Shown here: positions 1 to 11,372 of the stretch, piece after piece | Layout of the letters: every line of letters begins with the position of its first letter | Numbering within the stretch: position 1 is the stretch's first letter | Assembly: GCA_043228905.1 (NCBI GenBank) | Contig: JBHGNT010000011.1 | Span: 8,494,001 to 8,558,000, forward strand | Length of the DNA stretch: 64,000 bases | Source of the DNA: Azolla caroliniana | Taxonomy: Eukaryota; Plantae; Polypodiophyta | Direction: 5' to 3' | Notes under the pieces: model-generated | Told to the model about the DNA's origin: nothing | Database searches by the model: none | Seen by the model: only the letters and a program-made list of their open reading frames with translations | Position numbers and translations under genes: made by a program

Positions 1-531
1 CCATAAGCTTGCTTGCCATATTTTTCTGGCCGTAACATCGCCCGCATAGTGTCCCCCTACCGTTCTGCGGTGAGCTTCGTGCAAAACAGCTTCTTTCTCA
101 TACTGGCGTATCCCGCGTCACCACATTCCATCGCTACCCTTGTGATAAAGGACTCCTTCAACCAGGCAAAAGTTACGACTACAGATAGCCAATCACTTCT
201 TTTCGTCCGTCCTTAGTTGCGGCGATGGCAATCCCATGGTCAGAAAGTACGTTATCTCCATCAGCTAGAGATCCAGAAAAATTTTCTCTTCCAATGACGC
301 TATCGTCGCGACCTGCAGAATGTCAGCATCGGGAAAGTCGTTGTCATTCTCCCGCGCATTTTCCCCGTTATCAATTCTGCTTAAAAAATCCGCTACGGTG
401 TGTTGTGTACTTGACCAATGTTGAATTACGAAGTCGAACTCCTAGAGCAGAAACATACATCTGGCCAGCTTCCCTGTCAGTACCTATTTCTCAGCCAAGT
501 ACAGTAGCGTCGCGTGATCTACGTGAAAAGT
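1..531 (-). pseudogene. pol: Athila-like Gypsy pol fragment (RNase H end and integrase Zn-finger region), distal part of host element K/H
   Basis: Minus strand reads TFHVDHATLLYLA...GGHYAGDVTARKIWQASLW, collinear with element E pol (SFHVDHSALLYLV...GGHYAGETTARKIWQSGLW); degraded. Confidence 0.85.
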
Positions 532-1177
532 TGTCGTGAAGAAGACCAGCCATAGGCGGAATCGGACAAAAAGGCGCATGAACCGGCTCTCACACGGATG
601 GGCGCGTGAATTGATATTTTGATATTGATTCATGAATGGACCGGCTGATGTAAATGCTAAGTAGTACATATTTATTAAGGGATTGTGCGTATCTCAGAAG
701 GCACAGGGAATAAAGCGATTTGACTAGGGAGAAAGGGCACCCCCTTTTGGGAACTATTTAAGGAGAGGAGAGAAGGGAGAGAAGATATCGCGCATTGGCG
801 AGGATGAAGTGTTGCTGCAGAACCAAGTGTCGGGCTCTCTCTCTCCTCAAATCGTCGTTCTCTGCAGGTGTCGGGAGTTCGCTACCTCTGCTTCGTGGAC
901 AGCCCCTGTGCTTCCAGCTGAGTCTCTCTCCTTCCCCTTTCCCCTTTGTTTCTTCGAGTCGTGTGGCTATTGTCGGTGTGCGTGAGTAGGACCCCGTGTC
1001 GGGTCCATTACCGGGTTGCCGGTTGTAAGCTATTGACTATAGTAATCAGATTCTTGTTTTCCTTGCTCTTAATCTCTTTCTGTGTACTTGCATCTCTCTC
1101 TCTCTCTCTCTCTCTCCTTGGTTCTAGACCCCTGTGGTCCCACCTCTTTCTACACGCACGCGCGTAACAACACGACA
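532..1177 (+). repeat. 5' LTR of element A
   Basis: TG...CA termini; direct repeat of 26866-27527; followed by PBS. Confidence 0.92.
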
Positions 1178-1181
1178 TATT

Positions 1182-1198
1182 TGGTGAACCCGACGTGA
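1182..1198 (+). promoter_or_regulatory. Primer-binding site, tRNA-Trp
   Basis: TGGTGAACCCGACGTGA, complement of the plant tRNA-Trp 3' end (...TCACGTCGGGTTCACCA), 4 nt after the LTR. Confidence 0.9.
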
Positions 1199-1220
1199 AG
1201 GGCGGAAAAGGAATCGAAAG

Positions 1221-1670
1221 ATGAGGGGCTCGGAGCTAGCAGAGGTGATGGCGGTAGCCATCGACCGGCTGGTAAGCGCTTGTGAGGGGACGGGTACCCT
1301 CGATAGAGCCATTGAATCGATCGTCGGCACTATAGGCCGGTTCGGAGGGAAAGACGCCACAAGTTTTTTGGAGGCTTACCAGGCTAAAATGATCATGAGG
1401 GATATCCCGGTGGCCAGGCGGTTGTCCAAATTCCCTCGGGTGGTGACGCCGAGCATCCACGCGGAGGTGCTCGAGGTCCTGGCCAGATGCCAGACTTGGG
1501 AGGAGTTCGAGCTGCGGCTCCTCGAGAAGTATGGGTTTGGCGACTCGCTTCGGCTGTCGAGGCGGGACTTCATGGCATGAGTGGAAAGCCCCGGAAAGGG
1601 GAGGAACACGTCGGTGCTCCTCCAGGAGTTCGAAAAACGGTTCGCGCGACTGTCGACGCTGGACCAAAGA
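1221..1670 (+). pseudogene. gag: Element A gag, N-terminal part (premature TGA at 1578; interrupted by B)
   Basis: ORF MRGSELAEV...FLEAY...WEEFE; frame continues FEKRFARLSTLD and resumes after 7186 (RTVLETSQVLLFVKSVD). Confidence 0.8.
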
Positions 1671-2458
1671 TGTCGTGTTGTTACGCACGTGCGTGGAGAA
1701 AGGCGGGACCACGGGGGTCTTGGACCAGGAAGTGACGGAGCGTAGGAAGTCGTACTTCACCGTTTCCGGGGCATCCCAGAAGCACACCGGAAGCAACCGA
1801 AGGGAGAGAGAGAAAGAGAGAAAGCGCGCGCTTAACACCGGCTCACGCACACACAGGCCGACCCGACTCACGCCCTTATGTACAGGAAACGCAAGAAATG
1901 GGAAGCACCCGACACCAACAGAGACGCAAATATGCACAGACAGACGCAAATGTATATATATAAAGGGAAGAATACATTCCCGGCTTCGAGCCGGACCATG
2001 GTAGGGTAGGTTACAGCAGTAGTCTGCTGCCAAGCCGCCGTCCGGGGAGCTCTCGGGCTCGTCACGCAGAGCGGGGTCTTGCACAGGAGACCGAGCAGAA
2101 ACAACCCTCAACGGTCGACCTCCCCGCGAAGGAGAAGAAGAAGAAGAAGAAAAAAAAAAAGAAGAAAAAAAAAAAGAACTAACCCTAAATCTAACGGTAT
2201 ACCCTCTAATACAAAAATGGGCAACCCCTTCACAAAGGGCGCTCCCTTCCTTTTATAGAACAAGGAGAGGGATGCGTTACAATGTGGGATAAATCCCGAC
2301 TTACATGGGATCGTCTGTCCCGACTTGACTACTCTTCAGCGCCATAAAGGCGCCCTCGTTATTCCCACTAAATGTACAAGGGTGAGCACACATGCTGCAC
2401 CCCGCCGATGTAGCCAATGTTTCCCAGTTTCCGCCTCAGGCCGAAATTCTTCACGACA
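1671..2458 (-). repeat. 3' LTR of element B (788 bp)
   Basis: Minus strand TGTCGTGAAGAA...AACAACACGACA; U5 end similar to the A LTR; preceded by a PPT-like tract. Confidence 0.8.
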
Positions 2459-3639
2459 TCCGCCCGCACCTAACCGCACGTCCACCGGTATGTGCCAAAT
2501 CTGGTGAAGGGTGAGAGATTTCGGCCGGTGAGAAACCGGTCTTCCGTAATCCACATCCCGGCTCGCTGCCAGTTTGATCCGTCGGCTTCGGTTCTTCCTT
2601 CGCACTTACCTCCCCGTAGGCTCATTCGACCCGTTGATGGGTCCTCTACCGCGATCTCCGTAGTCCGCGTACTTCCGTTGGCCCTTGTTCGGCCGTATGA
2701 ACGCCCCGCTCCCCGCCGTATGCCCGATGTCCTCCGCTTGAGGAACACCCATAGTGGTCCGCTTGGCCTCCGTTGACCATTCGTGATGTCCTGATTGTCG
2801 TCCCATGTTGTTTCGCGTTGCCTTCGTCCTCTCGCCGCCACCTTCCTTCTCCATGGTCTTACATCGCCGCGTCGGCTCGAATCACCATGGTCTCCAGAAC
2901 GGTGTGGAGGATCCCTTTCTGGCCTTCTACGTGCTACCTCCGAACCGCACAACCTATCTCCGCGCTCGCCTTTCCGCTCCGGCACCTCCGTGTGCCACAT
3001 ACCCTCGTCCGTTGTTTGGCATTGCCTATGCCGTACTCCGAATCATTGCATGCCTTGTCGGCCCCTTTCCCGGCCAGATCGTGCATCGCCGCTCACCCAC
3101 ATACTGGTGTCCTTCGCATCCGAGGAACACCCCGTAGTAGCCCGCTTGGCCCTTTCCGTCTTCGTGCTACTACAACAGGTCCTGAGTCTTCCGCTTGCCG
3201 TCGTCCCCTCGCCCCCACCAGCTTGTCACCCCGGGCTTGCCATGTAAGTCCTCGCTTCTTCGACGGAGCTCCCGAGATCTACGAAGCGAGTGTGGAGGAT
3301 CCTCCTCCTGCCTCTCTTGTCATCCCCTGACTCCGATCCTGTGCAGTCCACTACGCACTCGTCACCTCGTTCCCGACACCTCCCTTGTGCCGTCTTCCGC
3401 TTCCTTTGTTCAGCTCCGCCCGCGCCGAACACCGTCCCGCAGTCATGCTTCGATCCGGCCCGCGATGGCCACTTGCGAGACTCTTGTTCCCTCCCAGGTG
3501 TGCCTTTCCGACCTGACATACCTCCCCGTGTTTGCCCCTACCAGCTCCTTCCGAAACCGTAACCGGCCGGTGAGGGTTTCGCACTTTGTCCGCGCAGTCT
3601 TACCGGCTCCCTATTCGCTACCTCGTGTCATTGGGTCCC

Positions 3640-5690
3640 GTTCCCTGCCACCACCGTCCTTCTCCCTAGGTCTCACGTTGCCACGTTGGCCGAACTGCCG
3701 GGGTCTCCGAATCATTGTGAGGGTCCCATAGGACCGGTCTTCGTTTCTAGGCTTGCCGAAATTCGGGTGTCTTTTGTCGGAGTCCTTCACGACTCTCCTT
3801 GTGTCTTCCACGTAGCCGGGTTCCGTCTTCGTGTTGCCGGGTCCCGTTTCCGGCCGCCACCAACCTTCTCTCTCGGTCTCATGTTGCCACGTCAGCCGAA
3901 CTGCCGGAGTCTCTGGTTCGGTGTGGGTATCCCGTAGGACCGGACTTCCTTACGCCCACCTGGCTTCGGTTGCCCGCCTTGCTGCCACCACCGTTCCTTA
4001 CTCTAGGTCTCACGCCTCCTCTTGTCGTTGGCTGCCGGAGTCTCTAGAATCGGTGTGTGTAAGGTCTCAGTTGCACTGCTCTGCCTCCGCCATCCTCTTT
4101 TGTTGGTCACGTTCACCTGCCGCCACCGTCCTTTCCTATAGGACTCACGCCGGCTCTCAGGCCGACCGCCGGATCGGTGTGAGGATCTCCGTGGACCGCC
4201 CATCCGTAGCCCTTTGCCTTCGTCCCCTCGCCGCCACCATCAGTATCTTGGTCTTACGTCGACCGCGTTGCCGATTGCCGAAGTCTCTAGAACCGGTGTG
4301 AAGAATTCTCCTTGGGCCTCTGATTTGTCTTCCTGACCCTGTCCCGGGTCGTCCTTTTCCGCATGCCGAGAGGGCGGTTTACTCCGCACCCTCTCCCGTG
4401 GTACCGATGTACCGTGTCCTCGGCCTCTTCGTAGGCCTGCTCTCTTCCTCCCTTCTAGAATGGTCATCCGGGAGTCCGCTCCGCCCGGTTCTCGTCCGGG
4501 TTCGTTCGTCATTCTCCGAATTGCCGGGTCCCGTTCTCCTGTCGCCACCAGCCTTCTCCCTAGGTCTCACGTTGCCACGTTTGGCCGAACTGTCGGGGCC
4601 TCCGGACTGGTGTGGGGATCCTATAGGACCGGTCTTCGTTCTCCTCTTCATCCCTTGTACTTCTCCCGAACTCGTCGTTTCTCTCCTTCTCGAGTACTCG
4701 CCTTCATCTCCCATCTCTCTAGGTCTCACGTCGGCGCTCGTTACCGGCTGCCTGAGTCTCCGGATAAGGCGTGGTGCTTCCGTCCCGTAACGATTTGCGG
4801 ATGCTCGTTCGGGGTACTGCTCCCAAGTACGTTTGGTGAGAAGCATCTGGTTTGTGATCAACCAAGCCCCGCCCGGGCTTGGTTCTCCAATATCCGTAGT
4901 TTCGGTTCTGATGCCGACCTCTCCGGACTCGTTCCGAACCCTTGACCACTTCCCTTCCAATTCCCGACCTTCGCCTGGTCGGTCTTTCTCCCCATGTAAA
5001 AGAGGGCGGCTCGTCCCGCACCCTCTCCCGTATCGGCACCTTCATGCCGATTCTGGCCCCAATCGAACAATCCACGACCAGATTACGCTCCACCCGTACC
5101 GGAGCGTCGCGTGGTTCGGTCCCCGGTCGGGTCGTTCCTTGGTCTCCTCGTTGCCCCTTTCGCTAGCCATCTCCCATCCATCTTCGTTGGCATCGTGCCA
5201 GGACTCCTCGGTACCGCCATCCATGTCCTCGGTCCTACATGGGCATACGGGCCCGAATGCCGAGTTCTCCGGAATCGGGTCCGTGGGCTTTCGTGTTCTC
5301 CTTCGCTGTATCGTCTCGCCGGTGATTCTTGGTCTTTCGCCACCGCCTTCCTCCGCTTGGGACTCACGTGGGCACTCGGGCCCGACTGCCATCGTCTCGG
5401 GAGCAAGTGTGGGAAGACACAAAGAATCGCCCGTCCGTTTTACGCCCTTGTCCGTAGACACCGACTCTTCGTGGTCGGCGGTCATCTTCTTACCGATCGC
5501 GCAAGCCCCGCCTGGGCTTGCTTATCCAATTTCCGGGGTTTCAAGCTGACACGCCCGAAATCGTTGGTCCCAACTATCCGGTTCCGCGATCTGTATCTCA
5601 ACCTCGTCCTTGGCCGTTCTATCTCCGCAAGTCGAGAGGGCGTTTTGTTCCGCACCCTCTTCTGTGGTACCGTCGTACCGATCTTCCGCC
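3640..5690. repeat. Degenerate internal repeats of element B
   Basis: Motif CTAGGTCTCACG(TTGCCACG...) near 3667, 3872, 4004, 4138, 4250, 4560, 4719; GAGAGGGCG...CGCACCCTCT near 4369, 5001, 5634; CAAGCCCCGCC.GGGCTTG near 4863, 5501. Confidence 0.75.
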
Positions 5691-6499
5691 TTCTCGTGGG
5701 CCAAGACCATCTCCTCGGTCTCAGCTTGGGGCCTCGATCTCTCCTCTTCCTCGAGCATCGTCTCGAGAGCTGTGTACGCCTCCGCAATCCGGGCCTCAAC
5801 GCCGACCCTTGCCAACTCCCTTTGCCGTTCGGCCTCTTCCCGTTGTGATGGCACGCCGTCACGCGCCTTCCTCTTAGCCTTCTCGGCTCGCTCATCGTCT
5901 AGCCGTTGGCACACCCTTCCGACCTTCAACCAATCCTCCGTAAGCCCATTCGCTCCGTCATCGTCTTCGAGCTCCATCCCGATGGCCTCCCGTTCCGCTC
6001 GGTCGATCGACCTGACGAACAATAGGACCTTGTCCGTCCCCACCAAACCTTGTTCCCGCTCCGGGAGCCGAGCAAGCCGTCGCTCGAACTCTCGGAACGC
6101 CTTCTTCGCGCCCCGGTGGGTCTTTGCTTATGCGACCCACTGGTCGAAGTCGTGTCGTCCCTGGCTCTTCCGCCGTCCTCCATATGCCTGCAAGAGCGCC
6201 TCTTCAAAGGCCTCCCACGAACTATGAGCTTGTCGGAGCTCCTTTACTTCCGCGTGCACACGGACGGCGACAACCCGATAGAAGAATTCCAGCCTCAACG
6301 CTTCGTCCACGTCTCGCTCCTCCATTTCCGCATTGTAGGCTTCCAAGTAAGATGGGACTTTGTCCCCGCTGAAACAGTCGACTCTTTCGACCACTCGCTC
6401 AACCACTTGTTGCGCTGCTTCTCGCCTCATCACCACTCATGCCGACTCCAACACCACTTCAGCCACCATCGCCGCGAGGTCGTCGTCTTCCGACTCCAT
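5522..6499 (-). pseudogene. gag: Element B gag (in-frame stops near 6437 and 6128)
   Basis: MESEDDDLAAM...FSGDKVPSYLEAY...WEAFEEALL...VLLFVRSID; homologous to A gag; ORF pieces share one frame. Confidence 0.8.
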
Positions 6500-6515
6500 C
6501 CTCCCTTGCCTCCTT

Positions 6516-6532
6516 TCACGTCGGGTTCACCA
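6516..6532 (-). promoter_or_regulatory. Primer-binding site, tRNA-Trp (element B)
   Basis: Reverse complement TGGTGAACCCGACGTGA, identical to the A PBS. Confidence 0.9.
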
Positions 6533-6536
6533 ATGA

Positions 6537-7186
6537 TGTTGCGTTACTACGCGCGTGCGTGGAGAAACGAGGCGGGACCACCGGGGTCTTGAACCGAAGA
6601 GCAGGTGATACAAGGGGAAAGAGAAAGAGAGAGACGCCCGGTTACGTATGAGCAAAGAAACACAGGGACACGGCCCGTCAACGTGGAAGACACGAATGGA
6701 CACAGAGACAGAGAGACACGAATGTTTGTATATTAACGAATGGCAAATAAACAACAGAGCACGCGAGCGATTACAACCGAACAAGCCGGTGAACAGATGT
6801 TGATGCCTGCTCGTCTGCACACGAAAGGGGATAGGATGGAGGTGTTGCCGGAAGCACACGGGCGTTCCTCAAAGCAGCGCGAGCCTCCCGAAAACCTGCA
6901 GAGAAGAGCGATGGAGAACGAACAGAGGAGAAGCGTTCCGTTTCGGTCCGACAACACTTCGTCCTCCTCAACGCGCAATCCCCTCTCCCTGCGTCTCCCT
7001 CTCTTTTATAGCTTCAAGAAGGAAGCCGTTTCCCTCATTAACTTCCTACCTACCGAATCTAACTACCTAGGATATACCTTTGTACCTAATTCTCTATTAT
7101 ATACATTACAGGGGCGTGCACGCGTGAAGAGCCGGTTCACGCGTGCTATGCACCGATTGTGCTAAGGGACGGTTTTCTTCACGACA
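6537..7186 (-). repeat. 5' LTR of element B (650 bp)
   Basis: Minus strand TGTCGTGAAGAAAACC...GTAACGCAACA followed by 4 nt and the PBS. Confidence 0.8.
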
Positions 7187-7800
7187 CCGGACAGTGCTCG
7201 AAACGAGTCAAGTACTACTGTTCGTCAAGTCGGTGGACGCGCCCGACAGGGAAAAGGTGGGTCCCCTATTGGAAACGGACGAAGGGCTCACAGCAGACTA
7301 GGTCGTGGTAAAACGGGTCTGTAGCCGTTTCAACAAACGACGCGATTGGAGTGACGGAAGCTCGTCGGGGTCAAGGCCGGTCCCGGGGAGGAGGCTCGAG
7401 GAGCCGGTATCGGTGCCGATCGGTAGGAAGGAAGCGACCCTAATCTGGCTAGACTCGGGGTTGGTATCGAATGACGTGGTCAGAGGCCCATCCGGAAGAG
7501 CGGCTCTAGAGGAGCTGACACAAATGGTGCGCGACCTGCAGATCGCACAAGCCTGGAGAGACAGCGGCGAACAACCTCGCGACCGAAGGCCGCCGGCTGG
7601 GCAGCGTTGCATGTGGTGTGACACGATCGGTCACATTCGGAAGGATTGCGCGTATTTCGCCGACGCGCTCAGGACCAACGTGGTGTACCTCTGGAACGGG
7701 CGGGTGCACGCGAGCGAGACCCGGAGAGCCCTAGAACTAAATACCAAGCGCGGCAGAATGAAGAGGTTGATGGAAGAGGCCGCGGCACGGCACGTTGAAA
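7187..7800 (+). pseudogene. gag: Element A gag, C-terminal part with CCHC zinc knuckle
   Basis: CMWCDTIGHIRKDC; no protease motif found downstream, so an internal deletion near 7800 is likely. Confidence 0.75.
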
Positions 7801-7936
7801 TTTTGGTTCTTCGACAACAGAGGTTGTACTATAGCCAGCGTCAGCTGCCGAGAAAGGAAGCGAGCGGAGGAGCGACTCAGGGGATGCGGAGTCCTCTCCC
7901 CCGACGAAGAGATCAGCGGCGTCTTTTGACGACACC

Positions 7937-10243
7937 TTGGGCGAGTTGCGTAAGGTGATCAGTGAAGACCTTAGGGAGGACCGGACCGTTCTGGTTAGTT
8001 CGATGGGAATGTACGAAGTCATCGCGGACTTCGGGGAAAGGATCGGGTCGGATCGGACGGCCCGCGTGGATACAAAGTACAAGACTGTGGACCGGAAGGT
8101 GAGGCCAGTCGCGGCACCCTTGCCAGAGGGCAGCGAGGAGCGGATAAAAGGGGTCGTGTCGGACCCAAGTTTACGGAATCTGGTTGGCATAGGGCACCGG
8201 TTCACCGACATAATGCTATGGGCGCTCAAGGTTGGTGGGGGTGGCTTCATACTGCTGGCGGAGGAGGACAGGTTTCAGAGAATGCTCAGAAGGCAGGGGA
8301 AAGCCTTCGCGTTCTCGCCATAGGAGATCGGGTGCGTGGACCCGATGATTGTCGAACCGATGGTGATCTTCACGGTACCGCCATGTACCGTGGAATCTCA
8401 AACCAATTCCGGAGCCGAGAGCTCACATCCCGAAGTTGATGGAGCTTCTAAAGCAGAGGCTGGAGATGAGCATCCTTGAACCGTCGAGTGCCCCGTATTC
8501 GAACCGGTGGTTTACGGTGCCAAAGAAGAACGGCACGCTGCGCTTCATTCAGGACCTGCAACCAGTCAACAGGGTGACCATCCGTAACGCGGCAATCGGA
8601 CCGACCATAGACGAGTTCGCGGAGGCCTTCGCTGGAAGGTCAATCTATTCGGTCGGTGACTTATACTTGGGGTACGACCAGTTCCAGCTAGCAGTGGAGA
8701 GCAGGGATATCACGACAATGCGAACCCCTCTCGGCCTAGTACGGATGTGTACCCTACCACAAGGCGGGATGAATTCGGTGGCGCATATGGTGAACGCAAT
8801 GAACAAGGTGCTAAGGGACTGCATCCCAGACATCACCATACCATTCTTGGACAACATCCCAATAAAGGGGTGTCCGGTGGATGATCTGGACGAGACTGTC
8901 GGGCCAGACGGATGCCGGAGGTTCGTCGTGAAGCACATCAACGACTGCGAGAAGGTGCTGCAAAGGCTCGAAAACGCACGACTCACCTTCTCCGAAGAGA
9001 AATTGGCGTCCGGGCAGTCGGAGATCTTGGTGGTCGGGCACCTGTGCGGGCCCTACGGTAGGAAACCGTCTCTGGCAAAGATAGAGGCCAACTCAGCGAT
9101 GAGGGATGGTTGCGGGTCGGTCACGGAGGTCCGCAGATTCTTGGGAGCATGCACGTTCTACCACATCTGGATTCCGCACTATGCGCATGTTGCGGAGCCT
9201 CTCTACGGGCTATTGAAAAAAGGGTGTGGATTCGAGTGGAGGACGGAGCACACGGAGTCAGTCCGGAGACTAAAGGCGGCGCTTACGGTAGCGCCGGCCC
9301 TCCGTAAATCGGTTTACGGCGAGGGTGTCCCCATTGGCGTGACTGTGGACACGAGCCCGACCAGGATCGGGTGGGTAATCAGTCAGGAGGACAAGGACGG
9401 CGTACGATTCCCGATCCGGTTCGGGGCGAAGGTATTGAGCGAGCGGCAGCAAGGATACGCCCAAGTTAAGCACGAGCTTTGGGGTATCGTTTCGGCAGTC
9501 AAGGCCGACAAGGACTATCTGATCGGGATGGAGGTGATCATCGAGACAGACTGCCTACCAATACTCGGCATGGTTTCCGGATGCGCGATGCCGGACCTAG
9601 CAATGCTCCGGTGGATAGCGTACATTAAGTCCCTGAACCCGGAGATACGGCACATCTCCGGAAAGGACAACGCCATGGCCGACATGCTTTCGAGAGCGAG
9701 GGTCAACAACGAAGATGGCATGGTTTCGGATGACGAAGAAGTCGGCAAGGACTTCTTCGGGTCGGCTAACGTAACGACGAGGAAAAGGGACACTCCGGCG
9801 CTTAACGAATTTGACGAAAGCAGGTACGACAGAGAGTGGCTCCAAATTGGGAGGTTCCTACGGACGATGACGCCGGACGCAGCATGGACGAGAGAAGAGG
9901 CGAGCCGGGTATGGAAGAAGGCGTACCGATTCTTCCTGCGGGACGAGTGCATATGGAAGCACCCAAAGAAGAGAAACGGCATCCCGCTCCGAGTAGTGGC
10001 AAAGAAAGAAGAACAGGAGGAACTACTGGCGGCATTTCACGAGAGTTCCTGGGCCGGGCACCGCGGAACGTGGGCCGCGTTCAAGAAGCTGAAGGAGAAG
10101 TATTGGTGTTCGGGGCTGTACCAGGACGTGCATCAGTTCGTAACGACTTGTGAAAGCTATCAGATGCACTCCGTGGTCCGACATCGGGACGAGCTACACC
10201 CGACTTACCCGCCTGCGGTCCATTTCAAGTGGATGGTGGACTT
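7937..10243 (+). pseudogene. pol: Element A pol: RT, RNase H, integrase N-terminus
   Basis: VPKKNGTLRFIQDLQPVN, LPQG, PFLDN (RT core mutated), VTVDTS, ADMLSR, H-X6-H...C zinc finger; stop and frameshift before 8436; interrupted by C. Confidence 0.88.
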
Positions 10244-10708
10244 TGTTAAGAAAACGTGAAGAAGGCACTCGAGCTCTTCTTATGTGCGCGGCGGATCGTA
10301 GTGTGCTGGATCGTTAGCGTGCTCTAAACAGACAGAGAAAGGAAAGGGGACTTACCTCTGTAGTAGCAAAATGGTTTTCTTCTATTACATGTAGAGCTCA
10401 ACTTGCTCTTGTCAGTCTTCTGGTCTCTCACTCTCTCTCAGAGTTCTCTACTCACTATACTCTGTTTTTTCTTACTGCTTACTTCCTATTTACTCTCACT
10501 TACTTTTACCTAAGTCATAAGTTATTACACATGCAGCTAATTAGCTGCCAATAGCTAATTAGCTGTCAGTCGCTAAATAGCTGTCAGTAGCTAATTAGCT
10601 GTCAGTAGCTAATTAGCTGTTTCTCCTTTATGTTCACTAGTAGCTAAATAGCTACTATAGCTTATTTCTCATAAGCATCACATACCATGTTGAGCTTGCT
10701 TCTCAACA
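10244..10708 (-). repeat. 3' LTR of element C
   Basis: Direct repeat of 25399-25863; contains ~18-bp tandem units with the palindrome AGCTAATTAGCT (10536-10620). Confidence 0.95.
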
Positions 10709-10748
10709 CTCCCCCTCAAGCTCAACTTATTCTTGCTTGAGGTTCTCT

Positions 10749-11372
10749 TCAATCTTCTTTTCCATTTTGCTTTTTAGCCATCTCATCAATGTTTACAACT
10801 CCCATCATGTTCCGAAACTGTGTATGTTTTTCCACACTCAATCCCTTCGTAAGGATATCAGCAACCTGCTGATTTGTATTCACATACACCAGATCAACTT
10901 CACCTTCCATCACTTTTTCTCTAACAAAGTGATAATGCACCTCAATGTGCTTTGTTCTTGCATGGAACACTGGGTTCTTTGCAAGCTGAATGCTGCTCAT
11001 ATTGTCACACCAGATTGTGACAGCACCATCTATATATACTCCCAGATCAGCAAGCAGTCTTCTGATCCATACTTCTTCACATGTGGCTATTGCAGCCCCT
11101 CTATACTCAGCTTCTGTACTGGACAATGCAACAGTAGCCTGTTTCTTGCTACTCCATGAAATTCCTGCACTTCCCAAGGTAAACATGTATCCACTTGTGG
11201 ATCTCCTGTCTGTTTGGCTTCCAGCCCAATCAGCATCTGTATATCCTTCCAGATTTATGTCTAGATCAGCCCTGTAAAATAGTCCAAAGTTCTGAGTTGC
11301 TTTTACATACCTCAGAATCCTTCTGATGCAGTCCAAATGTGGCTTTGTTGGCTGTTGCATAAACTGGCTGAC
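10749..11372 (-). pseudogene. pol: Element C pol C-terminus (RNase H)
   Basis: VSQFMQQP...GYTDADWAG...SSTEAEY...HARTKHIEVHYHFVRE...QVADILTK. Confidence 0.93.

Larger units (their letters stand above)
1671..7186 (-). mobile_element. Element B: non-autonomous gag-only LTR element of the same Trp-primed superfamily, with two non-identical LTRs
   Basis: Minus-strand 5' LTR 6537-7186, Trp PBS 6516-6532, gag, repetitive region, PPT-like GGTGCGGGCGGA, 3' LTR 1671-2458; no RT/RH/IN motifs seen. Confidence 0.8.

Noticed and set aside
2300-6600. Many overlapping 100-250 aa ORFs on both strands
   Set aside because: Expected in GC-rich repetitive sequence; only the gag frame has homology support
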